From contig KZ538712.1 in assembly GCA_000934665.2 (NCBI GenBank), positions 1 through 52,230 of the forward strand: a DNA stretch of 52,230 nt. Reading direction: 5' to 3'. The translations under genes and the position numbers were made by a program. Shown here one piece after another: positions 12,324-25,720 of the stretch. This DNA comes from Catajapyx aquilonaris. Lineage: Eukaryota. The notes under the pieces are model-generated. The model searched no databases and had not been told where the DNA came from. It worked only from the letters and a program-made list of their open reading frames with translations. Numbering within the stretch: the stretch's first letter is position 1; each line of letters starts with the position of its first letter.

Positions 12324-13924
12324 GTGGTAATCAGAATACAAAAAGGTGGGACCAGGACTTGTGCAAACTGACGCGTCCACACAGGGTCATATGAAGAATG
12401 GTGATACTGGGCCTCCTACTTCAGCTACATTATCACTGGTAGCATCCACATCTGCTTCATCAACGTCATCACTGGTGGCGTCTGCGTCGGCAAGAGCTAA
12501 TAACTGAGAGCCTCCGAGTCCCCTATCCCTGCCATAGAGCTCGGTTCCCCATCCTCTCCGCGGAACTGGCGACTCCCCAGACGGGCACGGCCGAAGGAAG
12601 GCGGCTCGGTTAACACGGGAAGGAATATGCCCGTCTGTCGTCATCAGGGCACAGTGCCCCACCTCCAACACGGCGATTGAGGCACCCCCCCCCCCCCTCC
12701 TTGGAATAAGGCCCTGCCCACTCGGCCAGTGGCCAATCAGAGACCAGTTCCTCCANNNNNNNNNNNNNNNNNNNNNNNNNNNNNNNNNNNNNNNNNNNNN
12801 NNNNNNNNNNNNNNNNNNNNNNNNNNNNNGGGGGGGGGGGGGGGGGGGATTGACAGGGACACAGGGTGCTAAGTGGACTGAGACCTCGGGGCGCTCTATT
12901 TTGGGTGACCTACCCACTTTACAGTATCTATACCACCGTGCTGCTTAATCCGGGGAGGAATTTTCATTGACGTCACTAGAAGATTGGGCTACGTCGCCTT
13001 GGGACAGAGGACAGGCAAACGACCCCAGTTGTGAATCACCTGATGTGAGTCAGCAAACCATCCAGCCATCCACTTCTTCCCAGTGGCCTTCCGAGGAAGG
13101 CAGCGATGGAGCACAAGGAAGAAGTAGGACTTTTAGAAAGTGTGGCTAACATGTCGGCAAAACATTTGCGCGAAAGCGAAATCAGGAGCAGGTGCCACTT
13201 AGCATTCATCAAGTCGGGAAGCTTCAGAAGTGCCATATTAGAAATGTACAACCGACTGCTGCAAATTGTAGAGGAGGTGAAAGACATGGCCCAATTGCGC
13301 AATAAGTGGTACCTTCGGGAGAATGGACTGGCTGGGTCCCTGAACGTCATCAGGAAGGTGGTCGAGGAAGCAGGGATAGACACCAGCAGTGGGACACCCG
13401 CAGCGAAGGAGATGACTGCCTTGCTGCAGGTGTATGGCCGGGCCATATTTGAGTGGCACGCTGGAGAACATATGAAGGAAACAAATTCAGCAGGTGCAAG
13501 TGATGGTGGCGACAGCTCCGCTGAACTGGCTGAAGATCGTGACAGGATGCGACAATTTCTTGTCATTGGCGGCGGTAAGCATTTTTTGTGTCATACAGTT
13601 GCACATAGTGTTATTGCATTCCAAAAGTAGGCCTACGTAGCGTTTGGCCGCAATTTAAAACAAATCCCGCAAAACTCAAAATTTTATACTCACAGTAAAA
13701 TTGGTGGCAGCTCTTTGTGACAGCAACCTACAATCATTAGGCGTTTTTCAACATGTGAACAGTTTCTGTTGATAAATTTATCCCACCGTGACATTAAATA
13801 TGCCTTGTCCGTGCACCTCCTGATAGCGCCTAGATAGCCTTTCGATTTTTTCTTCTTCTGTACAACCCTCGACCCACTGGGTAAGTCCAGGTGTTCCAAA
13901 AATGCATAACACCCTTAAATTTTC

Positions 13925-14312
13925 TTATTTATCGGAGATTTGGTACACGAAATTTCACCGACTACCTTAGCGTATTGCGTGATTATCGGGTGTCTGCTGG
14001 GACCGACAGGTCACGACTGGGGTCAAGGTGAAAAGTGGCACGTAGGAATAAACATGTCACTATTATCTCGCTACATATCTCGGTATAACCAGTAGTTCTA
14101 TCACAATAGTTTATATGCCAATCGAATCCAAGTGGTTCCGGGATTAATAAAACGTGCATTAAAGCACAAATTTAAAATAGGCAAAATATTTGACTTCTCA
14201 AATATTTTTCATCTTGACCCTAATCGTGACCCGTTTGTCCCGGACGCCCGAGAATCGCGAATTACGCTAGCGTAGTTGGCGAAATCTCATGTACCAAATT
14301 TCAGACAAATCA
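13925..14312. repeat. Imperfect ~110-bp inverted repeat (DNA-transposon subterminal region or MITE)
   Basis: ATTTGGTACACGAAATTTCACC...GGGTCAAGGTGAAAA pairs with TTTTCATCTTGACCC...AAATCTCATGTACCAAAT. Confidence 0.65.
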
Positions 14313-15284
14313 AAAAACGTGGAGTTGCATTCAGGATTTTTTTTTTGTTGAACTCTCCTGGACTTTATACCCTACTGCACATTTGCTGTGCCCCGCCCAC
14401 TATAGCAAGTTGCTAAGGACAATGATTGTGCATGCCTAGACTTTTACAGATTACCAGAGTTGTGCATTGATTACTGTACCTCCTTATGTAGTTGCATGAA
14501 TATTACAACATAGTTTATTATTTCCCAGGTACCCTAGGGCGCATGTTGAAAACGAATCGAAGGCGTAGAAATAACCAGAAACTATCCCGAGTGCAACGGC
14601 AACAGGCAGCCCGCACGGTCAACATTATTCAATTAATCTCAAGAAATAAGGAGGAGAAGACTGAAATTCCCAACAGCCTCCGGCAAAGAGACCGGGGAAA
14701 TATGTTGCTCCCAAGAGAATGTTTCGTCCCATTTTTGAAAGTTGCACTTCAGTGCATTGAAGCAGAACTGCATGAAGAAGGGTTGCAAAAGCATTCGGCG
14801 AACTTCATCAAGGTAAAATACGGTAGTTGACATGCGCACGTACTAACACTTTATGTGGTGACATTGTAGAGTTGCAGATTAGGGGTGGTCGAAAACACAC
14901 TTTTTTGAAGGTGGTATTGTAATAGTGAAAAAAAGTTGTGTTGGGTGATCCTTATGACGTGTAGTGCTTTGATCAGTTGGCTTAAAGGCGAAGGAGCAAA
15001 AGTAGCCAACGTCAAACATTTGCCTGGGAATCAGGCTAGAACCAACGGCAACGGGGCATAATCTAAAGCCTGTAAAAGAAGATGCATCTGGGCCAAGTGT
15101 TTTATCTGCTGATGCAGCAGACACCCTTAATCCTTTGGAAGAGGAATAACCATCAGTACTAACTACTTTGTGTTCTGAGATGTAAATGCGGATTTCAGTA
15201 AGGCAAATAGGTCATATGGCGCCCGAAATTGGTCTTCCCATGCTTTAAAAGAAAACTAGTTAACGGAGAGATCGGTAAGCGCAG

Positions 15285-15720
15285 TTGGTTGAACCAGTAG
15301 TCTCTCTTTTACAGTTTTTACCAAATACCGGACATAAGGCTGAAGATTTATCTAAGGCAGTCATGAAAACATTTGAAGACCATAATCTCGATATACAGAA
15401 CTGTCGCGGGCAGTCCTACGACAAGGCGTCCAACATAGGTGGTATTTACTCAGCTCTTCAAGCCCGCATAAAAGAAGTCAATCCTCTCTCTGTATATCCC
15501 TTGCTCGGCTCACTCCCTCAATTTAGTGGAAACAAATGCTTCAGATAGTTGTTAGGAAGCTGCTCTTATTTTCGGACTTCTACAGGAGATTTACAATTTA
15601 TTTATTTTTACAGAAGGTACAGTACACATAGATGAGAGGTACTACAAAGCTTCATACCTCGTGCTGGGGTTATGCCAAAGAGCCTGTCTGCGACTCGCTG
15701 GTCAGCAAGGCTGGCCGACT
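15285..15720 (+). pseudogene. hAT (ZMYM1/Tip100-like) transposase fragment
   Basis: LDIQNCRGQSYDKASNIGGIYSALQARI, followed in another frame by CSAHSLNLV and SATRW. Confidence 0.8.
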
Positions 15721-15724
15721 GCCA

Positions 15725-16282
15725 ACTGAGGCCGGAATTACAGGTCTAAATGTTCAGCTCATTTATCGTTTGAAGGTTATCCTGGAAGCAATGTCATCTG
15801 GACACAAAATTGACACAGAGAAGTTTGCTGCTTATGCCATGGACACAGCAAAACTATATGTAGAAGAGTGTCCATGGCATCCAATGTCTCCAACAATGCA
15901 CAAGATTTTGATTCATGGGGCAACTGTCATAGAACACTGCCTTTTGCCTATTGGGCAACTGTCAGAAGAGGCTGCTGAAGCAAGGAATAAGCACTTCCGG
16001 GCATATCGGTTATCGCACTCCAGAAAGTTTTCCAGGGAGTCCTGCAATGTAGATGTGTTGAACAGGCCCCTTTTGACATCGGATCCTCTTTTCACTGGAA
16101 TGAGACCTATCCCAAGAAAAACCACTCAGCCTTTTTTTTTGGAAGAGACTGTAGGACTCTTGCTGCCTTCTGAAGCTTCAAATGTAGAAGACGAATGTGA
16201 AACAGAAGAACAAGAATTTTCAAGTGAAACAGAAGAAAGTACTGAGGAAGAATCCTGGGAAACTTATAATTCTCATCAGTAA
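15725..16282 (+). pseudogene. Transib (RAG1-core-like) transposase C-terminus
   Basis: PWHPMSPTMHKILIHG...LPIGQLSEEAAEARNK; acidic tail and stop codon. Confidence 0.9.
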
Positions 16283-16869
16283 AATTGTATGAAATCATAT
16301 TAACATGTAATTAAATTTAAACTTAAAATTATTATTTTTCAGAAAGTAGCATGTCAGTTAGAAATAGTATCAGTGGTTTTTACTAGAAAAACCGTCATTA
16401 CTACTATCAATGAATTGATATTTGTTAAAATTAGGACTAATTCCCACAAATTGATTGTAAGCAATCTCTTCACCTGCCTTTCATCATCTTTACATGTAAA
16501 TTTCAGTTGAAAACATTAAAGAAAACTAAACTTTAATTACAGTAGGCCTAATTATTTCTTAGTTAGATACCAAATTTGCACCTCTCTTCGGGAAAATATT
16601 ATTTCATTACTATCGAGGTTTTTTCTGCAGAAATAGGATTTTTATCACCAAAAACTACTTCATTTCCCATATTACTTTATAAATTAATGAATCAGAGCAT
16701 TTTAAAAGCAAAAACCTGTACAAATAATTTGACCTGTAGGGCAATCCGGCTTCATGTAATTGGTGGCATCTTCACACCAATAACATAATTCATGTTTGAA
16801 TATGTATAATACTTTGGTGTAGACATTGCATAGTAATATTATCCCGCAATTACACTCATTAATCTTCAC

Positions 16870-17400
16870 TGAGAAAGGACCAACTGCAACAAGGGCTCAT
16901 GGAAGGCCTGCCAAAGTGATTGGGGAGGCCAGTGAGAGGACCAAACGAAGAAAAACTGAAGAGCTGAGGTCAACTACCCCTACTGATGAACTGACATTTG
17001 CCAGCACTATGTCATTAAGAGCTGCAGGAAAGGACTCGGCTGCCAAGCTAGTCAAAGAGGCTACCGCAACAACCCCTACAAGACCAGACAAATATTTCAC
17101 CAGCTATAGAAAGACACTAAGGGGAAAAAAACAGGCAGCAATGACACAGGAAGAAGATGTGTGCTTAATAATAAAGTGCGACCTCACACTAAGACACTAA
17201 GGCAATGAAACAATCATCTCTTACCAGAGGATATTACAGGCAAAAAAGAAACGTTACCCGCATGGAATAAGTGCCTCCGAAGGGAAGTGTGAGGTCCAAG
17301 TGCCCTTCTAGACCACATATGCAAAAGGATTTTCGAAATTATCCGTCCACCAGCAGATGACTCCACCCTACACTGTAAGTGGGGATTACAAGCAGAAGTG
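16870..17400 (+). pseudogene. Transib transposase N-terminal fragment
   Basis: GRPAKVIGEASERTKRRKTEELR...ATTPTR; later LHCKWG. Confidence 0.75.
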
Positions 17401-17933
17401 GAGCAAGCACTGGCTCCCAAAGACACCACTTTAACTGCCTTCTTCAACCTGTGCCAGGATGATCCATTCCATATGCTGCAAACAAATGCATAATAATTAT
17501 GTTTGCAAGTTTTTTCTCCTCTTGAAAAGTCTGCCACGAAGGCTTGGAACCTTAATGGGTGGTAAGCCTTAAAAACACCTTAAATGCCATAAAGGCTTGG
17601 CTAGCTTGCATGGGGTATCCAGTAAGCGGATCACACTGCTGGGCCAAGAGTCAAGATAATGTCAGGCATCAGTGGAGAAAAGAGGGCTTAAGAGGGAACC
17701 CAGGCCTGGATGGCCTTCCGAAGCAAGAAAACCTGCCTTCACATAGCACGTGATTGTGAGCTTGTTAAACGCGATAACAGGGTGGTATTTTTGGGAGATC
17801 ATCTATAAAGTGCTCCATACCATATGATAAGTTCAATTTTGAAATATTACGCACTGCACGTGCAAAAATAAATCGCAAATTCTGGCTCAGAATTTATAAT
17901 TCTAGGACTCTACAGCCTACCAGCGCGTAAGAT

Positions 17934-18116
17934 TTGGAGGTGAGGCAGCACAAGTGCTATAAGGACTGGAGTGGGTCCTCTCCAGCCATGGAGCAATACA
18001 TGGAGTTTGTCGGGGATGGGGACTCCAGTGTCCACAAACAGCTTGTGGAACGTGTGCCTTACGGTCACCTAATAAGGAAAATTGAGTGCGCCAACCACTG
18101 GTTATTAGGAACTTAA
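17934..18116 (+). pseudogene. Mutator-like/Kolobok transposase core fragment
   Basis: KDWSGSSPAME, FVGDGDSS and KIECANH motifs. Confidence 0.75.
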
Positions 18117-18289
18117 TTTTGGTTTTTAAGAATAAGTGTTCGATACTCAAAAATTATTACTTTTGTTTTCAATATTATCTTACAAAAACTGTTCTATCCA
18201 TTGTTGTAAGCTGGGGTAGCCTAATGGACCTAAACAAATAATAGCTTTTCCCATTTCAAAATTCACTTAATTTCAATTTCTTGTTGCAG

Positions 18290-18649
18290 TTTTCTGGCAG
18301 CATGAAACTTCAAGTTGGACATTGCAGCTGCAAAGCAGGGGTGAATGGACAGTGCAAGCATGCGGCAGCCCTTGTTATAGCTACAAACGACTCCACCAGC
18401 AGAAGCAAAACGTCAAATCCTCAAACCTGGGGTTTGCCAACCAAACGACAAATGTACAAGAAGGCAGCGACTTTGAAGTCCCCTTTTGGTGCGCCGAAGA
18501 TGGAAGTCGCAGTGTCAAAGAAGCTACGCCATGATGAGATTCTGCACTCATTTCCGGACATGTCTTGCGCCTTCATGAATGTGCTGCAACACAAGAAGAT
18601 AGACCCTGCAGAACATGACATACGGAACTTGATGGAGGAGATGATTTGA
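18290..18649 (+). pseudogene. SWIM zinc-finger TE protein fragment
   Basis: CSCKAGVNGQCKHAAAL (CxCx6CxH) then SKTSNPQTW. Confidence 0.7.
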
Positions 18650-18654
18650 TCCCA

Positions 18655-19835
18655 AGTCTGATAGTATTGAAGGATATGAGGATATTCCACACTTGGGCAG
18701 GACTGGCAAGATTGCCAATCATGCCCTTGTGTTCATGCTCCGTGGCCTTATGCGGAAGTGGAAGCAACCAGTTGCTTTCTACTTCAGCCGAGGTGGAGTG
18801 AGTTCCAAAACCATTGCAGAACTCCTGCTTCAGGCCTGTGACAAGGCTGGATTTAATGTTGTAGCCACAATATGTGACATGGGACCCACCAATGTCACAG
18901 CTCTGAAGTACTTGGGTTCCTCCTACCTGCACCCTTCCTTCTCCCTCAATGCCCGAGACATCATCACCCTCTTTGATCCTCCCCATCTGCTAAAATGCAC
19001 AAGAAATTTGTTTCTCAAGTATAACGTGAAGGGGGTGCAGGTGAAGACAGGCAGCATAGAATTTGAGGGGGTGGAAAAACTGGAGGTACGCCAACAGGAC
19101 ATGCAACAAGTAGGTTTCAGCTGCCTCTACAAACTCTCCGACGACCACCTTAATCCCAACAGCCCTTTCAAGATGAAGGTGAAGCCGGCAGCACAGCTGT
19201 TGAGTCACAGTGTTGCCTCCACGATGACATACGTTGCACACGGTAAGTGAGGACTGAAAGGCATGATATGTAATACGAATAAGTGCATCATATCGGTTAT
19301 CATGGTGTTGATTTTTCATATATGTTTCATTGCAGGCAAGATGAGCTATATGTCTGTTTAATTATTAGTGTATTGAGTGTACTTACATTTGACCCTATAA
19401 TTGTCGAAGCTCCAAAAGGGCCTTTGGTCCACTGGGATAATAAATAAATAAATCAATCAATCAAATCATTGCAGGCAAGATTGGAGCTGAAGCCATGGCT
19501 ACTGCACAATTCGCCAAATTTGTCGACAATCTGTTTGACTCTCTGAATGGCTACACGGAAGACCCAGACAGCGGCAAGGAGCTACGCTGCTGCATAACCA
19601 GTGACAGCCCTCACCTGGGCTTCTGGACTCTGGAGGGAAGCCATTCAACAAATAGACAGTTGGAAGTATGTGTCCCGAGATTCAGCCGAAAAGGTCACCA
19701 GACCACCCTCGCAGGATGGCTGGCTGGCTACGCTCAGGGGTATGCTGCTGCTTTGGGACGTGCTGCACAATGGCGATTTAAAGCTGAGGTATGTCGCACC
19801 CCGCTCCCTGAATCAAGACCCACTTGAGAATATGT
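18655..19835 (+). pseudogene. P-element/THAP9-like transposase fragment with intron
   Basis: ALVFMLRGL..KWKQPV, ICDMG, FDPPHLLKCTRN, KMKVKPAAQLLSHSVA, DNLFDSLN and LNQDPLENMF motifs. Confidence 0.92.
19343..19465 (+). mobile_element. 5'-truncated non-LTR retroelement tail
   Basis: (TAAA)n(TCAA)n tail; 16-bp TSD TCATTGCAGGCAAGAT at 19327-19342 and 19466-19481. Confidence 0.75.
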
Positions 19836-20132
19836 TCACTCCTCGCTTCGCAGAGTTCGCTCGCTCTACTGCTTGGACCACTTTCCCCGCTTTTTTCTAT
19901 GACGTAGATGCATGGCACAGAAGAGCATTAAACACTTTTTCGGTGGTTGTAGAAGTAATGCGCCTTCTGCCGCTTCTGGGCCTTCATCGAAGCTGGACAG
20001 AACAGCAGAACAGGACAGAACTTAAGCAAGAAACCTTAAGTACACTGGCACTGCTTGAGGGCCTTCTTCTGGATGCTCTTGGAGGGAAGGTACCAAATGA
20101 GGAAGGTATTAAAGAGGTACGGGGCCCATTTA

Positions 20133-20258
20133 GGGGCCGGTTTCACAGAGCTCAGTATATGATAAAACCAGGGTATTTCTCAAAATCCCTATCTATTTGT
20201 ATGGATTTTCCTAAAGAAACCTGGTTTTATCATATACCAAGCTCGGTGAAACCGGCCC
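20133..20258. mobile_element. PIF/Harbinger-type MITE
   Basis: TIR GGGCCGGTTTCAC(A/C)GAGCT, flanked by TTA on both sides. Confidence 0.7.
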
Positions 20259-20401
20259 TTACTGAGGACTTCGATATCGACAGTATACACAGCTTCAAAT
20301 ATTGAAGAACCAGCCTGGCGAAACTCCTCTTTCCTGCAGTGGTCTTGCTGAGAAGTTGAGTAAGGAGTCCGTCACAACTAAAGCCCTCGTTCAGCAAGTT
20401 A

Positions 20402-20602
20402 GTGATGTTGCTGTTGACCATGACTAGCCCAGCTTCAGTCGCATCCTCTGAGCGCTCTTTCAACGCACTTCGGCGACTTAAAACCTACCTGCGTTCAACT
20501 ATGACCCAAAAACGCGTGACACACGGCGTTCTCCTGCACGTTTCCAGAACTGCGGTGCGTCTCAAAAAGTTATGTCCAAACGCGTTGGGTAGAGAGGCAT
20601 GA
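20402..20602 (+). pseudogene. hAT C-terminal dimerization domain fragment
   Basis: PASVASSERSFNALRRLKTYLRSTMTQKR. Confidence 0.9.
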
Positions 20603-20619
20603 CGCAGTAATAGTCTTTC

Positions 20620-21295
20620 TTGAGCTGCTGACGAGTGTGGCCGACTCTTTAGAGGACATGAGTGGCTGGTCAGATAAGAGACACTGCATCCTCAGCCAAC
20701 CACTTGCTTTGTGCAATAAAGAAACCGGCATTTCTGGTTACAGTTCACGTTCTATCGAAAGTACTGGCCATCATTCTGCCACTTAGTAGGTTTCTACAAA
20801 CTGAAAACATCGATTGATGTGTAGCTCTAGAAATGACCGTGCAGGCGCATCAGACCGTCCAGCAGATGCGCGACCAAGGCAAGGAAGTGTTTGGGAGCAC
20901 CTTCACAGAAGCGGAACGGTGCAGCGAAGATCTCGGGGTTGTCCTGAGCATTCTACGGAGAGTAGCGCATCAAACTCAACGATGCAACATTTCCACAGCA
21001 TCTCCAGAAGAGTACTACCGCTTGTCGGTTTTCATTCCTTTTCTGGATACTGCCATAAGCGAAATCAACGAGAGATACATCCAGCACAAAGACACCCTTC
21101 AAAGCTTCACATGCCTACTGCCTCACGGCGCGAAAGTAATGCAGCCAACTGAAGCCCACAAAGAGCAGATGAGGCAGCTGCATCACATCTATGAAGACGT
21201 TCTAGGATGCGGGGAATCTGAAGCTCTGGGGAGCTGCATTTATGGTAGCGGAAGATTACGGCGATGGACAAGCCACCAAAAAATGCCATGGAAGC
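20620..21295 (+). pseudogene. hAT transposase central fragment
   Basis: QTQRCNI..SPEEYYRLSVFIPFLDTAISEINERY. Confidence 0.8.
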
Positions 21296-21319
21296 AGACA
21301 GCACGGAGCTGTAAAGGAT

Positions 21320-21580
21320 CCACTGTAAATCAACAAGACAGTTGCACGAAATGGCAATATGTATGTCACAGATCTGGAGTGTACCAGCGACAAAGGGACA
21401 GGGAAAGGTGCCTGAAATCACAGGGGTCATGTAAAATTGGAGCACAATGCCCTGCTGGCTTTGAAAGGGAGATGTTGAGCGATGGCACAATCCAAGTGAA
21501 ACATTGGAAAACACACCTGGGCCACAAAAGGAATCTGGAACATCTGAGATTGTCACAAAAGGACAGTCTGCAACTGGCAG
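21320..21580 (+). pseudogene. MULE/FAR1-like N-terminal zinc-finger fragment
   Basis: YVCHRSG...SCKIGAQCPA...THLGH. Confidence 0.6.
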
Positions 21581-22259
21581 GTGTGTGTACAGGGATGATA
21601 AATTCAGCTTGCAAGCTGAAGCAGAGGTGGAAACAATAGTGGAAACCGAAGTGGAAGCACTGGAGCAGAAAAGTCGTGGTTGCCTCTTTTCTGAAATCCC
21701 TCGCTCCCACCCTCTCACCTTTCCTCACCTGGCCTAGCGCTCGTTGTAGCTGCTACATAGGCATAGAGTCCCTCCCTCTTCAACTCCGCGCTTATTACCT
21801 GCGGGGTGAACCCTCTCCCCATCGCTCTACGCCTTGTGGCTGCGGGCTGTAACCCTGCCGACGCCCATGCCCTGCCCCCCAAACTCTCCCGCTCTTCGCC
21901 CCGAGGAGCAACAGCCGGGTGGAAAGAAGACCAAGTGGCCGGGGTGGTCGACAGACCACGGAGAAGTTGCTGCTGCAGGAGGCGGCACGAGAGGCAGCGA
22001 GGTGAATTCGTCCACCAGGTGGCTGTACTAGCCGCAATCCTGCGGGAAGCCCAAAGACGGTGGCAAGAGGAGTTGACCAGTCAAGCAGCAGCTAACCCCC
22101 CTGTCTCGAAGCCCTCGCTACCTCCCCCTCGTCCCTTCCTTCACCTAACCCTCCCCCCCACCCCCCCCCCCCCCCCNCCCCCCCTACCCCCCCCCCCCCT
22201 CGCAGGTCCCTCGTAGACATCGGCCCCTGACACCCCCCCCCCAAGTCCCACGTGACACA

Positions 22260-22580
22260 AGCGAAGGAAGAAGACAAGAAGCGCATAATGGAAGACACAA
22301 GAGTGGCAGTTCTAGTTATGGACCTGCAAGTAGTCAAACTATGTCCGAAGCTGCAGGCCAGTCGCTTTTTGTTATAAGACGAAATTGTGCTGCTACAATT
22401 TTACTATTTACAATATGAAGGATCACCAGGTGACATGCTATGTCTGGCATGAGGGCCAAGGGGAAGTAACTGCCAACTGTCAAACCCGCAATATAACATT
22501 GGCGAATACACTTCTACATATCGCTTGCACTGAAATGTTCACAATTTATCAAAAGTTCCTTGAAAAGGGGCACACGCCCG
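22260..22580 (+). pseudogene. Sola1-like transposase fragment
   Basis: VMDLQVVKLCPKL..YKTKLCCYNFTIYN..YVWHE..FLEKGHT, matching the 35050 transposase motifs. Confidence 0.75.
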
Positions 22581-23089
22581 GTTGCCATCCGTACAGTGAG
22601 TGAAGGCAAGTATTGTCTGATTGGTTGATCATAAATGTCATTTGGTGCGGCAAAGACACGTCCGAGGAAGTAACCAACGTGCACTGCTGCAAATCTTCTC
22701 TCTTCAGCATATTCATGACCAATTTGGTCACCTCAAAGTCAGATGCAGACTCCTGATGCATTCATAGTACGGATGACAACCTTTCCGTACAGTCACCTGG
22801 ACTACCCTTTGGCTCAAGAGTCAGGACCAACTCCTGGACTTCCAGACATTCCCTCCTCACATTTTCGTCCAGGTCATGGGCAGGTATACAGCCTGCACTC
22901 TGCATCTCCTGATGCCCTCCACACCTTCTGGTTTTGCTCACCTGCGCATGTGTACACTGGGTAGATTCTGAATTACGGAATCAGTCCCACCCTTCGCTGA
23001 CACTTGGTGAACAGTCCAATATTTCTGGGCACATGCTGTAATTCTTCATGGGAGATTGGACTACAGCATGTGTCCAATTTCAGTAGAAA

Positions 23090-23490
23090 TCATTGAAGAT
23101 TTTCGTGCATACTGACAACATTGAGTTACGGTCAGGAGATTGATTCTGCGAAATTTGAAGCATACGCTAGAGAGACAGCACAGCTTTTTGTGAAACTCTA
23201 CCCGTGGTATTATATGCCTCCATCAGCCCATAAAATCCTAATCCATGGGGCATCTGTGATTAAGGAACTTATTTTGCCAATTGGTCAGTGCCTATTGCTT
23301 TCGGTTTTGGTAAAATCGTAAGAGAACAGCACAACATAAAGAAAGTTATGCTTCATTCCGGGAGAATTATCAGAAGCAGCACTCGAAGCCTCAAACAAAA
23401 TTGTACGAAAATACAGAGAACACCATGCAAGGAAATCTTCCAGAACAGCAACAAACCAAGACTTGTTTTGTAGATTGCTTCACTCTTGTG
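23090..23490 (+). pseudogene. Transib transposase C-terminal fragment (second family)
   Basis: LYPWYYMPPSAHKILIHG..LPIG..LSEAALEASNK. Confidence 0.85.
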
Positions 23491-24279
23491 ACACTGCATT
23501 TTAGCCGGCTCGAGTGGGACTCACTCTGTCTGTGTTCACCATGAAAACGTCAGACTCATGACAGAAGCTGTCTGTCCGCCCTGATTCGGAATTGAAAGCG
23601 TGAATTGCCAAAGGGCCCAAGTCCACCATTTTACGGAAATGGAGTTAATGCCACCAAAATGTAGCTAAAGCACAGACGCATCCACATGCAAAAGGATAGG
23701 ACCCATCTCATGATTTGTCAAAGGTCCCAAGTGCAGGACATGGGAGTTGTAATGGAGGAGTGAGGAAAAGTTTAAAGTCAGCAGAATAAAGGACAAGGAT
23801 GTGAGGGATTATATGGGGACTTTATCACAGTACTACAAAAAAGGAACTGTTAAGCAGGGCGAAAGATTTCTCGTAACTAAGTACAAGTTCTTTGCTTTTG
23901 ATTTAATAATAAATTCCTTTAAAGATTTAAATTACTTCCAGGATAGCCATTACGTCAGGTCACTCCCTTCCACAGCACCAATTTACCCTTTCAGTTCATG
24001 TATAATTCTCATGATTTCACAAAGGGCCCAAGTCCTCGANTGTAAATTCTTGTTCTTGATTAGCCTTTGAATAATTGTGGATGATGAGATACATTGGCGC
24101 GGGGCCTTTATGGTCGGGTCGCCGTAACTCTGACACAGTGTGCATTTTTTGGGGCATCATTGTACTAGCCATACAGGAATAGGCCAGTTTTTTTTGTCTC
24201 GTGAAAAATTTTCTTGTCCGGACTTGGGCCGTTTGGCAATTCATGATTTCAATTCTGCACTGCCGCTGCAGACTTATCA

Positions 24280-24888
24280 TCACTGCGTGCAGATGATTAC
24301 CTGTGAGAATCCCACAACTGCTTGCTATCTAAGCGAAGGTGAATCCTGTCCAGGGCCTGAGAAGCTACGACGCCCCCTTTTGGACTTGCTGGAAAGAAAT
24401 GGCATCGAGAGCGTGGAGTTTCACCTGTGGACTGAGGCAGATCGAGCATCTTTGAAGACAATGGTTGTGTGACGGAAGCAGACGGTATGCACTCAAGGTC
24501 CCTTCCCCCTTTTTTTGTGCCCCTCTCAACCCACATGCTCTGACGTCACTCCCATCATGCTTTGTGTTTTGGTAGCATAAAAAGAGGGGCTCTCTGTGTA
24601 CTCATGGCCAGTCGTTGGGAGAATACCCTGATTGCTGGTCGTGGCCAGTTTTACTGTGCCGGTTTCCTTATACCTATCCTGACCATTGTTATCCTTTATT
24701 TTCCCCCTTTTCTCCTTATGTTTCTGTACTCTCGTACGTAATAAATATCTGTACTGAGCATTGAACCTACTGGTGTCTTTTAAACCCGCTACGGTCACAG
24801 TTGCTTCCAAAGAGGAGTTCGTAGCGGACCTGGGTGAAAGTCTATTGGTGTTGAAGACGCATGCATTCATTGCACGACAGCAGTCCAC
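24280..24888 (+). pseudogene. DNA transposase fragment (Sola2-like, tentative) split by a solo LTR
   Basis: Removing 24468-24803 restores ...WTEADRASLKTMVASKEEFVADLGESLLVLKTHAFIARQQS. Confidence 0.55.
24468..24799 (+). mobile_element. Solo LTR (332 bp)
   Basis: TGTGAC...GTCACA termini; 4-bp TSD GTTG; CATAAAAA at ~24576 and AATAAA at ~24740. Confidence 0.88.
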
Positions 24889-24914
24889 TTATTTATTATC
24901 ATATTTATATTCAG

Positions 24915-25720
24915 GGAGGAGCTGCAGCTAAGTGTGTCCTCTGCAACAGTGCGAAATCGCCTGAGAGAGGCAGACCTGTATCATCACATTCCAGCTGAAA
25001 AGGAAGAGCTGACTGAAGAGCACAAGAAGAAGCGGGTGGCATTCGCCAGGAAGAACCTGAACCGGGATTGGAGTGAGGTCATCTTCACAGATGAAAAGAC
25101 GTTCTCCAGTTCCGGAAAGGTACGGAATATGTTGCATTCTTACTAGACTCTATGTAGCTGACATTTACATCTGTTCAGGTTACTCGTCACTGCTGGCGGC
25201 CCAAGGGAACACGATACCAGCCCCAAAACATAGCCGCTAGGCAACACAGTGGCAGGAGGTCTGTTCCTGTTTGGGGATGGATGTCTCGTGAAGGAGTAGG
25301 TCCTCTCCAGATGATCCAGGGCAATTTGAACCGCTTCCGATATACATAGAGATTCTGGAAGAGGTCTTCCTGCCTACGGTGTGGGAGCGCTACCCACATG
25401 CTATGAAAATTGAAATGGTCCAGGACAACAGTGGCGTCCATACAGCAGGCTTGGTGAAAGACAGGTTTCGGAGCCAAAATGACATCGTCAGCATCTCTTG
25501 GCCACCCAGGTCTCCAGACCTAAATCCCATTGAGAACGTCTGGGGGGATATGGTACGAGAATGGAAACCGGTGCGACATGGAGGCAAGGATATCATTTTC
25601 CATCAGGCAATGACTGTGTGGGAGGGTGTCTCGTCCACATTTTGCAGAAAGGCGGTGGACTCCATGCCGAAGCGGCTGCAGGCTGTGATAGATTTGGGTG
25701 GAAGCCGGACAGGCTATTGA
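24915..25720 (+). pseudogene. Tc1-like DD34E transposase with a GT-AG intron (25120-25178) and a frameshift
   Basis: VIFTDEKTF, VQDNSGVH, WPPRSPDLNPIENVW and SMPKRLQAVI motifs. Confidence 0.92.

Noticed and set aside
13106..14830. ORFs 13106-13630 and 14492-14830 as host exons
   Set aside because: No recognisable host domain; interleaved with transposon-like inverted repeats; probably TE-derived but the family could not be assigned
15632..21639. Long ORFs 15632-16282, 19601-20305 and 20833-21639 as real genes
   Set aside because: Each is a chimera of unrelated TE fragments read through a junction
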